Assembly: GCA_963849245.1 (NCBI GenBank)
Contig: CAWKIY010000029.1
Coordinates: 3,733-67,732 of the forward strand
Direction of reading: 5' to 3'
Origin: a candidate division FCPU426 bacterium
GTDB taxonomy: Bacteria > Oederibacteriota > Muellerivitia > Muellerivitales > Muellerivitaceae
DNA length: 64,000 nucleotides
The position numbers were made by a program, and so were the translations under genes. Below the pieces are notes generated by a model. That model was not told the origin of the DNA. It made no database searches and saw only the letters and a program-made list of their open reading frames with translations. Within the stretch, counting starts at the first letter, position 1. Every line of letters begins with the position of its first letter. This document shows, piece after piece, positions 1-9,265 of the stretch.

Positions 1-1350
1 CCCCGGGAGAGATAATCGGGCCATTGTTTCTTCATCGATTCCAGGGTGTTGCGGTCGCCTTCATAAAGCATAATGTGATTAAAGCTGACACCCGCGTCCA
101 CAAACATCGCCGGGTCCTGCCCATGCTGATGGCCCATCTGCCAGCCGAGGGTAAAAGTGAAAACCGGCTTGTTCATTTTCGCCTCGTCCAAAATGCTCTT
201 AAGCGCTAACGCCACTTTGTGAGCCCTCCACCATTCGAAGAGCGAGACAACCTCCATATTTTCCTTGAGTTCAACAGTTCTAGCCAGCCAATGAATTCTT
301 TCCTGCTTGGACATGGTCCAATAATCCGCGGGACCCGGCACGTTTAAATCCCTCACGAACTCGTCCACCATTTCATATCCCGCGAAACCGGTTCTCACGT
401 AATCCAATCCCACCATGTCGATCAAAGGGTCCTCGTTCATTTCCTTCAGGAAATCAATAACATCTTGCCGGCGCTTAGAATCATTCAGGGAAATAAACCG
501 GGTTTGAACCACTTCATCGCTATCTGGGTCATACCCGAGCGAAAACTCATAGGGAGCCTGGTTCCAAGCGTCACCGACGACTTTAAATGTGGTCATATAA
601 CCAGCAAACTTGATTCCCTTTGCATGAGCGGCCTTGGCGTATTTATGTCCCACTTCAACATCGCCCCGGTTAAAGGGAAAATCTTTCGCGTTCAAGTGAT
701 CCCAAACGGAAGTTTGACCCATCAGATAGCAATAAATATTGGCTCCCATAAACTGGGCCCAATCGAGGGCGTTGGACGCGCGCATCGAGTCGCCGCCGTC
801 TAAAGCGGGCAATGCCCCGTTAATTAATTGTTTGCCGCCTTCCATGGTCAAAGCCGCGTATCCGGGATACAGCCCTTGAGGTTTCAAAGGTGGAATCGTA
901 AAAGCCGACTCGAAACTCTTAGGGACCTGCCAATCGCTGGAAGACACGGTGACTTCCGCGATATAAGTCCCTGGTTTTGGGTTGTAAGGGATCGGCCAAT
1001 TACCAATCAAACGCCCGCCCCCCGCGTCTTTCTTTAAGTTCAGCTTGGATCGCCCATCCACCATGGAAACCGGTTTTCCATCGCAATAGACTTCCACACT
1101 CGCGCGCATCTCGGCGAAACGCGTGGTTTCCTTGGGGTTTAATTTCACCTCAAAAGGCACCATTTCGTAGCGCAAAAAACTGCGGGCAGGCATCACCGCG
1201 ATCACATCGGGAATCATTTGAGAGACCGAGGGGGACAATGGGGAGGATTTTTTCATCAGGGGCGCCAAAGTCGCCTTGGCGATCAAAACCCCGCTGACCA
1301 GAAACGCCGCGGCTAAAACCCAGCGGACTTTCTTGGGTGCCAAGACCCAG
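1..1350 (-). CDS. Secreted or membrane-anchored glycoside-hydrolase-like (TIM-barrel-type) domain protein. Partial, continuing past the left edge of the window. It lies in the same reading frame as the upstream rlmD-like ORF with no intervening stop.
   Basis: Manual minus-strand translation runs from 3293 down to position 1 with no stop codon, which is why the ORF track omits it (no in-window stop). After the methyltransferase domain ends (~1860) there are hydrophobic segments (LFTLFLSLAAAVLNW; KKVRWVLAAAFLVSGVLIAKA, signal or anchor-like). A large hydrophilic domain follows (..GANIYCYLMGQTSVWDHL..GLDYVRTGFAGYEMVDEF..LGWQMGHQHGQDPAMFVDAG..) that resembles extracytoplasmic glycosyl-hydrolase-like families. 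A possible independent TTG start lies near 1350. Family assignment not verifiable here. Confidence 0.4.
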
Positions 1351-1851
1351 GTCAAAAAGAGTTCGAATCGGGGTCTGGGGAATGAAACGCGGGGCCATTT
1401 CCAAGTCCGCCGGATTTTGGGAAAAGCCGGTGGAGCGGGAGCGACGAGAGGCTGCTCCGCCTCAACCGAAGGGGCTCCCGTCACAATCGCGGCCACGGAA
1501 GCCGGAGTCTCTTGTTCGTTCTCAACCACCGTGGTTTCAACGGGTGAAAAAGTCGAGTCCAAATGAGGCTCGGAAGCCAGGGGAACGCCGGGAAGAGCTT
1601 CTTTCGCGGCCCGATCTGCGGAAGGGCGTTTGAAAAAAAGCTTGGGCCAGTTAAGAACCGCCGCCGCTAAGGAAAGAAACAGAGTGAATAACGATTGAAT
1701 CTGCCGTTTCAAAACAGTCCCTAAAGTTCGCGTCGTCTCCTTCAGGGTTGAGTAATTGGCCGAGATATTTAAAAGGGCTTCATTGGTCTGTTTCGGCAGA
1801 CGAAAAGGCTCAAGCTGGGCTTGATTCGCCTGGGACACAATTTCCGGCGGC

Positions 1852-3293
1852 AAAGGGGTTTCCCGGGTCAGCTTCACCACGGTTTCCACATGATAAGTTT
1901 GCGGAAACATATCTAACGGTTGAATCCAATCCACCGCGAAACCCTGTTTGGTTAACAAGGCCAAATCCCGGGCCAAGGTGGAAGGGTCGCAAGAAACATA
2001 GACTAAGCGTTCCGGGTGTAAAGCCGCGATGCGGGCCAAAATTTCGGGGCTGACCCCTTTGCGGGGTGGATCTAAAATCGCGGCGTCAATTTGGGTCAGA
2101 CCTTTTTCTTTGAGCCCTAAAAGAATTTGGGCCACATCCCCTTCTAAAAAATCAATGTTCGTTCGGTGGTTCGTTTCGGCGTTTAAACGGGCGTCTTCCA
2201 CCGCAGGGGCGATTTCCTCCACTCCCACCACATAGTCGGCTTTTGGGGAGACCGCTAAGGCCAGTGTTCCAATACCGCTGTAAAGATCGAGAACGGTTCC
2301 CCATTTTTTCTTGTGAACTGGATCCCCCAAGGCTTCCCGGACAATGGTGTGAAGCATATCCGCTTGCGGCGTGTTGACTTGAAGAAAAGAACGGAGAGAA
2401 ACTTTCAATTTCAGATCATCAATGATTTCAAAATAATGATCTCGTCCGGCCAGGACTTTCGTTTGGGGTCCAAAGACTATATTGGTCCGGGAAGGGTTGA
2501 TGTTTTGAAGGACTCCGACCAAATTGGGGTTTTCTTCCATTAATTCTTGGGCGAGACGGGGCAAAATCTGGTTCAATTCTTCCGCGATGGCTGTGGGCTT
2601 TTGCAGACGCTCCTCAGGAATCTCGGTACGGGTCACGAAAGCCAACAGAATCTCCCCAGTCTTAAATCCCTGGCGCAGGGTCAAATGGCGTAAAAACCCC
2701 GTGTGTTTCTTTTCCTGATAAGGCGTTAATCCGGAACGGTTGATCTTACTGAGTACTTTTTGAATGAGGTCATTGATCGCGTCGCCCTGAATGGGACAGG
2801 TATGATAAGGAACCAGGTGATGGGAACGGGGCTCATAAATACCCGAAATGAAATGACCATCTCGCATCGAGATGACCGGCATGGCTTTATTGCGGTAAGC
2901 GTAAGGAGAGGGCGACGGCAAACAAGGCTGTACTGTCAGATTCGTTAAACGGCCGATGCGCTCCAAAGCGTCCTGAACAAACTGCCGTTTGGTTTGAAGC
3001 TGGCGGGGATAGCTGAAATGCTGCCATTGACAGCCGCCGCATTCCTCAAAGATGGAACAAACCGGGGCTACCCGGTCCGGGGAATGCCGCAAGACTGACA
3101 GGATCTCGCCGGTAGCGTAATGATCCTTGACCTGGGTAATTTTGACTAAAACTCTCTCGCCGGGAAGTCCCCCCGGAACAAAAACAGCGAACTCCTGGTA
3201 ACGACCGACCGAATCACCGCCGAAAGCCAAAGCGTTAATTTCAATTTCAATTTGATCCCCGAATCGAACGGGTTTGGTCGTGTGGGTGTTCAT
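1852..3293 (-). CDS. rlmD: 23S rRNA (uracil-5)-methyltransferase RlmD/RumA-like (TRAM domain, Fe-S Cys cluster, SAM methyltransferase). Apparently degenerate: frame-scrambled motif and no stop codon.
   Basis: ATG at 3293 (cat on plus at 3291-3293). N-terminus MNTHTTKPVRFGDQIEIEINALAFGGDSVGRYQEFAVFVPGGLPGERVLVKIT is a TRAM domain. PVCSIFEECGGCQWQHFSY matches the RumA Fe-S Cys motif. ..VLDLYSGIGTLALAVSP.. is SAM motif I. ..LVYVSCDPSTLARDLALL..LDMFPQTYHVETVV matches the RumA C-terminus. The conserved FxQVN block (KFSLRSFLQVNTPQADMLHTI) is only readable in a different frame from both flanks. Confidence 0.8.
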
Positions 3294-3740
3294 GGTCGTC
3301 CTGATGAAAAAATATCCTGGGCCTCACTTGGATCCAAGGCATCGAATCGTCAATGAGCCCCCATCATCGATTGGTTAAATCACTTATGCTTCTCGAAAAC
3401 AGTGAGACGCCTGCTTTTGAAAAAACGAAGAGACTTTTTCTGGTCGCGCAAAAAGAAAAACCCTAAGAGTGGTTCTCTTAGTATTCTAACCCTTTTTCAA
3501 ACGGGGGCAACCGACTTTCCCTGTTATGCCCGCGGTTATCTTGATTTGAGGGATGACCCAAGATAAAAGTTCACCCCGAGGAAGAGACTGCGAACCATTA
3601 CGGCTGGCGACCCCCACCCAATTCCCACACGTAAACTAGCGGGCAAAATCCAACCGGACACTGACCCCTGGGTCGGACAAGCCCTTAATTAAATGTGTTT
3701 TTAAAAGAGAATGACTTAATTCTTAAAGCCTTCGCTGTCC

Positions 3741-3768
3741 CCCCTCTTTTGGGAAAAGAGGGGGTTAT
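3741..3768 (-). terminator. Rho-independent terminator-like hairpin downstream of the 3795..4556 gene
   Basis: Inverted repeat cccccctctttt / aaaagaggggg directly after the minus-strand stop at 3795. The T-tract on the transcribed strand is weak. Confidence 0.45.
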
Positions 3769-3794
3769 CTGGGGATTTTCAATCGCGGGTTAAG

Positions 3795-4556
3795 TTATTT
3801 CTTTTTCATTTCGGCGGGGTCCGCTTCCAGCCTTAAATAATCCAGATAGACCACAATCGGCTGTTCACCCGCGGGAATCGGGGTAGTCACGGCCGTCGGA
3901 GTCGTGGAAACGCTCATCGGCTTCACCATGGCCGGTTGGCTGGCGGCCGTCGTTGTCGCTAGGGGGGTCGAAATCATGGCGGCGGGAACCCCGTTCGCGT
4001 CGACCCTAAATCGGAAGGAACGGATCGAGGTCAAATCCAGCCGAGCCTTTTCCAAATCCTCCATGGAAATAGAAAGATTGGAGACTTTTTTCGGGTTCAA
4101 TACACCCGAAGTTTCATAGACAAAAGCCCTGGCGTCGGCGATTTGAATATGGTAATTCAGGGGCTGGTCTTGCGGGTTATAAACATCCAATTTCAAGCTG
4201 GTGTAATCCTGCCATTCAAAAACCGAAAGCCGTGTCACCGAATTGGTATCCAAAACCGCCTGAGGCTGCCAAACCGCGTCCGGGGTGGGCGTGGGGAAAA
4301 ACTGGCTGGCGGTTAAAAAGGTGACTTTGGCGCTGTGCTTGCCGTGAGTCTGGTTTTCCGTGGAGGATTCCATCTTGACGTATCCGCCCGTCGTCCAATC
4401 GAAATCATCCCGTTCATTCTCAAAGTCATCGATAACGAGGGTTTTCTTAACATCCTTATGGCGTTTGAAATTACGGGTGATACCTAAACCTACAGCCGCG
4501 GCGTAAAGCAGGGCCAAGACCAGAAGAATACCTAAAATTTGCATGAATCGTTGCAT
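3795..4556 (-). CDS. Hypothetical membrane-anchored protein with N-terminal TM helix and Thr/Pro-rich C-terminal region
   Basis: ORF track 253 aa. N-terminal hydrophobic ILGILLVLALLYAAAVGL. C-terminal TTPTAVTTPIPAGEQP. No recognised catalytic motif. Confidence 0.55.
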   Translation of the reverse strand: MQRFMQILGILLVLALLYAAAVGLGITRNFKRHKDVKKTLVIDDFENERDDFDWTTGGYVKMESSTENQTHGKHSAKVTFLTASQFFPTPTPDAVWQPQAVLDTNSVTRLSVFEWQDYTSLKLDVYNPQDQPLNYHIQIADARAFVYETSGVLNPKKVSNLSISMEDLEKARLDLTSIRSFRFRVDANGVPAAMISTPLATTTAASQPAMVKPMSVSTTPTAVTTPIPAGEQPIVVYLDYLRLEADPAEMKKK

Positions 4557-4690
4557 GTTCCGTCCTCAAATAGGGGGTCGAAGAAAAGCGAGGGCATTGT
4601 ATCAGTCAGGAAGGGCTCCCGCAACTTTAGCCGGAGGCTTAAAGCGTTTTCAAGCAAGACAGGCCCAACATTGAAACAAGAATCCCAAGT

Positions 4691-4815
4691 AAAACTGCTT
4701 TCACCGCCAAGACGCCAAGTCCGCCAAGAAAGGCAATAAACAATCAGTTTTAAAGAATTTTAACTTTTTTTGGTGTTCTTGGCGGACTTGGCGTCTTGGC
4801 GGTGGAAGCAGTTTT
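4691..4815. repeat. Long near-perfect inverted repeat (40-bp arms, 1 mismatch, 45-nt AT-rich spacer). Each arm carries three reiterated GCCAAG motifs at 8-9 bp spacing.
   Basis: Left arm 4691-4730 aaaactgctttcaccGCCAAGacGCCAAGtccGCCAAGaa. Right arm 4776-4815 is its reverse complement except one base. Lies between the 3795..4556 gene start and the LacI gene stop. Confidence 0.85.
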
Positions 4816-4843
4816 GATTAAAAGCCCAACCGGCCACAACTAC

Positions 4844-5869
4844 TTATTTTTTCACCCCAGAGGATTCACGGACGACCAGCAGGGTCGGCATAAACACCTG
4901 GCGGGTTTTCCAGGTATCTAAATGATGAATTTTCTCGATTAAAATTTTCGTCGCTTCCACGCTCAGTCCCCGGAAATCCTGTTTCATCGTGGTCAAAGAA
5001 TAGGGCGGCTTGGAAGCCTCGGCGATATCGTCAAAGCCCACCAGCGCGATATCTTTCCCCACTTTCAATCCCGCTTTTTCAATCTCATCCCAGGTGGCCA
5101 AGGCCATCAAGTCGTCCGAGGAGAAAATCGCCGTAGGCCGGTCGGATAAAGCCAATAATTTTTTAGCCGCTGCCGTTCCCGAAACCCGGGTAAAGGAACC
5201 TTCCACAATATAGTTTTCCGGAATATTTAGGCCGTGCTTTTTCATCGCGTTTTTATACCCTGTGAGGCGATCCATGGCGTCCGAGGACATTTTCACCGGA
5301 CCCGCGATAAAAGCGATTTTCTTGTGGCCCAGGCCGACCAGATAATCCACCATTTGGGCCGACGCGTTTAGGTTGTCGCAATCGACGAAATCAATGTCCG
5401 GGCTTTCCGTGCGGTGCCCGATCAACACGATCGGAACCTTATTTTCAGTGATATGTAAAATATCTTTTTCAGACAAAATGGGCGAAACCAGCAGGATGCC
5501 GTCCATCGCGTTATGAAACATCTTTTTATAAATTTCCACGGGATCGAAAACGCCGGCGATCGTATTTACCAGAAGACCGAAATCGTTTTCTTGAACTGTC
5601 TCGTTAATCCCGTTTAAAAGTTCCACATACCAATGGGCTTTAAAATCGCACTTAGTTTCAAACCAGGAAAAAAAGACTTGGATGAGATTCGTTTGGTTCA
5701 CCACTAACCCCCGGGCAATGGGATTAGGTTTGAATTCCAGTTCTTCGATGATTTTCAAGACCTTTTGCCGGGTCTCCTCTAAAACATTTGGATTTTTGTT
5801 GAGAACCCGGGAAACAGTGGAGATCGAAACCCCGGCTTTGTTCGCGACATCATAAATTGTGACGGACAT
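4844..5869 (-). CDS. LacI/GalR family transcriptional regulator
   Basis: N-terminal HTH MSVTIYDVANKAGVSISTVSRVLNKNPNV, followed by a periplasmic-binding-protein-like sugar-binding fold (..FDDIAEASKPPYSLTTMKQDFRGLS..). Confidence 0.9.
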   Translation of the reverse strand: MSVTIYDVANKAGVSISTVSRVLNKNPNVLEETRQKVLKIIEELEFKPNPIARGLVVNQTNLIQVFFSWFETKCDFKAHWYVELLNGINETVQENDFGLLVNTIAGVFDPVEIYKKMFHNAMDGILLVSPILSEKDILHITENKVPIVLIGHRTESPDIDFVDCDNLNASAQMVDYLVGLGHKKIAFIAGPVKMSSDAMDRLTGYKNAMKKHGLNIPENYIVEGSFTRVSGTAAAKKLLALSDRPTAIFSSDDLMALATWDEIEKAGLKVGKDIALVGFDDIAEASKPPYSLTTMKQDFRGLSVEATKILIEKIHHLDTWKTRQVFMPTLLVVRESSGVKK

Positions 5870-5894
5870 GGCGGCTCCTTAAGATCGCTTTCAA

Positions 5895-5904
5895 AGCGCT
5901 TTCA
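5895..5904. promoter_or_regulatory. Candidate LacI-type operator (10-bp perfect palindrome AAAGCGCTTT) in the divergent LacI/suhB intergenic region
   Basis: tcAAAGCGCTTTca lies 26 nt upstream of the LacI start. The central AAnCGnTT core fits LacI/GalR operator architecture. Not experimentally verifiable here. Confidence 0.3.
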
Positions 5905-6130
5905 TCACACTTCACACGAATCCCCGTTCGTTAAAACTAGCGGGGAGAAATAATTCTTCTAAACGAAACTTTCACCGTTGTTGAATGGTTCAACGAACGG
6001 AATTCATTGCGGCTGAAATGGATTTTAGCATGAATTAAATAAAAAAGCCGGGCTTTCCCCCGAACTTTTTCAGCTTTCCGAAGGTCTAAACGCTGTTACA
6101 ATCCACGGAATTTAATTCAAAGGATGAAGG

Positions 6131-6937
6131 ATGAACCTCTTTTTAAAAGCCGCGGTCCAGGCCGCTCAAGCCGCCGGAAAAATCCACAAAAAACACTACG
6201 GCAAAACTCTGAATATCCAATTCAAATCCAAAAACAACCAGAATCTCGTAACCCAAGTGGACAAACTTTCGGAAAAAGCGATCCTCTCCCTCCTCCAAAA
6301 GCGTTTTCCCGCCCATAACTTTTTAGGAGAAGAAAGCGGCGGGCAGGAAAATAACTCCCGCTACACCTGGGTGGTCGACCCTTTGGATGGCACCACCAAT
6401 TTCGCCCACGCCTATCCTTTCTTCTGCGTTTCCATCGCCCTTCTGAAAGATAAGAAGCCCGTGGCCGCGGTGGTTTACGACTCCCTCCGAAACGAGTGCT
6501 TCACCGCGGAAAAAGGCCGCGGCGCCTTCTTGAATGGCCGCCGGCTGAATGTTTCCAAAATCGGGACCTTAGAGGAAAGCCTTCTTTGCACCGGCTTCGC
6601 CTATGCGGTCCGCGAAACCCGCTACAACCTGGATAACTTTGAGAAATTCGTTTTAAAAGCTCAGGGGGTGCGCCGGGACGGCTCCGCCGCTTTGAATCTC
6701 GCCTATGTGGCAGCGGGCCGTTTTGACGGTTTCTGGGAAAGGGGCATCCAAGCCTGGGATATGGCCGCGGGTGTTTTGCTGGTCTGGGAAGCCGGAGGCC
6801 AAGTTACCGATCTCACAGGCAAGCCCTATGACTTGTTCAAGGAAAACGCCCTGGCCAGCAACGGCAAAATCCACAACCACTTATTCAAAATCCTGAAAAA
6901 CGGCCAAGACGAAAAAACCTGGGCGAAAAACCATTAA
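6131..6937 (+). CDS. suhB: Inositol monophosphatase family protein (SuhB/IMPase-like)
   Basis: WVVDPLDGTTNFAHAYPFFCVSIAL contains the IMPase DPLDGT motif. WDMAAGVLLVWEAGG matches the C-terminal motif. 268 aa. Confidence 0.85.
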   Translation: MNLFLKAAVQAAQAAGKIHKKHYGKTLNIQFKSKNNQNLVTQVDKLSEKAILSLLQKRFPAHNFLGEESGGQENNSRYTWVVDPLDGTTNFAHAYPFFCVSIALLKDKKPVAAVVYDSLRNECFTAEKGRGAFLNGRRLNVSKIGTLEESLLCTGFAYAVRETRYNLDNFEKFVLKAQGVRRDGSAALNLAYVAAGRFDGFWERGIQAWDMAAGVLLVWEAGGQVTDLTGKPYDLFKENALASNGKIHNHLFKILKNGQDEKTWAKNH

Positions 6938-6945
6938 ACCTTTTT

Positions 6946-7094
6946 GAACCACGAAGTGACACCAAGAGCACAAAGTAGAGAAATCACGAAGTAAAAAGCA
7001 TTTCCTAAAACATCGTTATAAAACCATGATTTTCCTGTTCCTGATTTACTTTGTGGCCTCCCTACTTTGTGCTCTTGGTGTCACTTCGTGGTTC
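6946..7094. repeat. Perfect 33-bp inverted repeat flanking an 83-nt AT-rich spacer. Each arm carries three reiterated CACnAAG heptamers.
   Basis: Left arm 6946-6978 gaacCACGAAGtgaCACCAAGagCACAAAGtag. Right arm 7062-7094 is the exact reverse complement. Starts 9 nt after the suhB stop and ends 66 nt before the downstream ATG (7160). Confidence 0.85.
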
Positions 7095-7159
7095 CTCCTT
7101 GGAACCTTTTCTTTTTTCCTGTGTCTTACCAGGTGAAGGTCAATCACCGGAGGTGTCAC

Positions 7160-8836
7160 ATGGAAGCGAGATTCAGAAAAGTTGGGTTTCTGTCGGTTTT
7201 ATTGTTTCTGGGAGTTCACGCCGGTTGGGGGGAAGTCACTGTTTCAACCCAACCCCGGCAGGTTACGGTATTTCCCGACAGCGCCCGGGTCGTTCGGGAA
7301 GGCTCGTTAAAACTGGAGGCGGGGCCGGAAAAAGTTCTCTTCCCCGACCTACCCGCCTCCGTCATTGAATCCTCCATCCGCCTCACGGTAGATGGCCCCC
7401 CGGGCACCAAACTCTTCGGCGTCGAACTGCGCAAGGAATATACCCCGGAAGTCGCAGAGGAGCGGACCCGGGTGTTGAAGAACCAAATCCAATCCCTCGA
7501 AGACGAACGCACCGCCTTTACCGACCGGGTCGACGCGCGTAAAACCGAAATGGACATTTTGAAGGGACTCGCCAAAGAAAGCGCCTCCACCGCCGCCTGC
7601 CAAGGCGCCACCCATGCCGGAACCATTGTGGACTTCACCCGCTCCGCCGGCGCGGTGGGCGCCCGAATCGCCAAACTCATGCTGGCTTCCCGCAAAGACG
7701 AGCGGGGCATCCGGAATTTGGATTTGAAACTCGCCGCCCTGAGAAAACAATTGTCCGAAGGCGGATCCCCCGACCGGGAAAAGAAAACCGCCTCCGCGGA
7801 CTTGGAATTAGCCCAACCCGGTATTGCCCGGTTTACGCTCACCTATCAGGTCTCGCAAGCCGGCTGGACTCCTCTTTACGATCTGCGGCTGAATACGACG
7901 GCTGAAAAACCCCAAATGGACCTGGTCTTCAACGCCGGGGTTCGCCAGAAGACTGGCGAGGATTGGAACGGAGTCGCCTTAACCCTTTCCACCTCCCGGC
8001 CCACCGAAGGCACCCAGGTACCCGACCCCACCGATTGGTGGCTGGACTTCTTCAATCACGAAGTATTCCGGGCCAAGAAACTAATGGGCATGGCCGCCTA
8101 TGCTCCCGCACCCGCCAGCTCGAATGCCGCCCTCTATGAGGAAAAAAATGACGATAGCCAGGACGCGAGCCTCGAGGCAGCCCAAGTCGAGACGGCCCAA
8201 ACAATTCAAGCCCCCTACGCTATGTCCTTTTCCATCCCCACCCACAAGGATATTCCCTCCGACGGGTCCGACCACCGGGTAGAGATCGCCGAGAACTCCC
8301 ACCCCGTCGCCCTGACCCTGGTGGCGGTCCCCCGCCTGTCCCAAGCCGCCTACCTAGAAGCCAAGATCACCTACGGCGGCGAGCAATCCCTGCTCCCCGG
8401 CCAAGCCCAGCTTTTCCGGGACGGTGATTTCGTGGGAACGACTTATCTGGAAGCCAAAGCCCCCGGCGAGGCCTTTGACCTAGGGTTTGGCCAGGATGAC
8501 CAAATCCGCGTGGAAAGAAAAATGGTGAACGAAACGACCGGCCAAGCGGGATTCCTTTTCACCAAGGGCGAACGCAAATACGACTGGGTGACAACCCTGG
8601 TGAACTATCACTCGGGCGTCCGCACGGTGGAAGTGAGGGAACAGCTTCCCCGGTCTCATCAAAAACAGATCACCGTGGAAAAAGACAACATTTCCCCGAA
8701 ACCCCAACCCGAAAACCCCGACAAGCCCGGCCTAGTTTGTTGGAAACTGGAGCTAACTCCAAAGGAAAAAACCAAACTGACCTTCGCCTATCATGTGAAC
8801 TTTCCGGAAGATATGCAAATTTCAGGACTGGAATAA
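7160..8836 (+). CDS. Secreted DUF4139/DUF4140 family protein (mucoidy-inhibitor MuiA-like)
   Basis: Likely true start MEARFRKVGFLSVLLFLGVHAGWG (signal peptide) with AGGTG RBS at 7151. The track start at 7067 is a TTG inside the inverted repeat. 558 aa, with coiled-coil and a beta-rich C-terminus typical of the DUF4139 family. Family call from memory, moderate. Confidence 0.6.
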   Translation: MEARFRKVGFLSVLLFLGVHAGWGEVTVSTQPRQVTVFPDSARVVREGSLKLEAGPEKVLFPDLPASVIESSIRLTVDGPPGTKLFGVELRKEYTPEVAEERTRVLKNQIQSLEDERTAFTDRVDARKTEMDILKGLAKESASTAACQGATHAGTIVDFTRSAGAVGARIAKLMLASRKDERGIRNLDLKLAALRKQLSEGGSPDREKKTASADLELAQPGIARFTLTYQVSQAGWTPLYDLRLNTTAEKPQMDLVFNAGVRQKTGEDWNGVALTLSTSRPTEGTQVPDPTDWWLDFFNHEVFRAKKLMGMAAYAPAPASSNAALYEEKNDDSQDASLEAAQVETAQTIQAPYAMSFSIPTHKDIPSDGSDHRVEIAENSHPVALTLVAVPRLSQAAYLEAKITYGGEQSLLPGQAQLFRDGDFVGTTYLEAKAPGEAFDLGFGQDDQIRVERKMVNETTGQAGFLFTKGERKYDWVTTLVNYHSGVRTVEVREQLPRSHQKQITVEKDNISPKPQPENPDKPGLVCWKLELTPKEKTKLTFAYHVNFPEDMQISGLE

Positions 8837-8851
8837 AGTCGAAGGGAAAAA

Positions 8852-8890
8852 GCAAAAAGCTAACCGGGAAAATTCCCGGTTAGCTTTTAT
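8852..8890 (+). terminator. Rho-independent terminator
   Basis: gctaaccggg aaaatt cccggttagc (10-bp perfect stem) followed by ttttattgttt, 16 nt after the stop at 8836. Confidence 0.8.
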
Positions 8891-8956
8891 TGTTTAAAAG
8901 GTTCTAAGTTCCACGCAAGATTTGGATGGGTTTATAGAACCAATGGTGGACAATTC

Positions 8957-9265
8957 CTAAAAGGAAAGGAATTTAAAACACATATAAATCAGCAACGGAA
9001 CATAAGTAACCATCATCCATTTATAGAATTTATAAACTGTTCGATCATTTGCGGCGTTAACACCATTCCTTATCCGCTTAATCAAATGATAAGTAAAAAA
9101 AATCCAAAAAAACACTAGTTCAAAAAAAGGTAACAAAATAAAAAGCGAAATATTTTTCTGAGGTGGCATGCAATAAACAATCAAGATTAAGGAAAACACT
9201 GATAAATGAAAAAAATGTCTGCCGTAAAAAGTTTCATATCTCTTTTTATTCTGCGTATTTTTCAA
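8957..9265 (-). CDS. Small (102 aa) hydrophobic membrane protein encoded in a ~30% GC islet
   Basis: ORF track. About three predicted TM segments plus basic residues. The surrounding 8950-9270 region is strongly AT-rich compared with the neighbouring genes. No recognisable family. Confidence 0.45.
   Translation of the reverse strand: MKNTQNKKRYETFYGRHFFHLSVFSLILIVYCMPPQKNISLFILLPFFELVFFWIFFTYHLIKRIRNGVNAANDRTVYKFYKWMMVTYVPLLIYMCFKFLSF

Noticed and set aside
3294-3794. 500-nt intergenic region with a minus-strand stretch GGGGCTCATTGACGATTCGATGCC resembling the tmRNA 5' end (GGGGCTGATTCTGGATTCGACGGG)
   Set aside because: No matching 3' acceptor/T-arm (no GAGCCCCACCA-type end) and no tag-peptide reading frame found. 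The putative body would overlap the rlmD-like start codon. The resemblance is probably coincidental. A structured ncRNA in this long 5' region remains possible but is unsupported.
7067-7159. ORF-track start of the DUF4139-like gene at TTG 7067 with N-terminus MCSWCHFVVPPWNLFFF...
   Set aside because: That start lies inside the right arm of the 33-bp inverted repeat and is followed by an in-frame ATG at 7160 with an AGGTG RBS and a clear signal peptide. The upstream extension is most likely untranslated.
7216-8344. Minus-strand ORFs 7216..7842, 7349..7750 and 8081..8344 inside the DUF4139-like gene
   Set aside because: GC-rich antisense frames within a well-supported plus-strand gene. No motifs. 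They are compositional artefacts.
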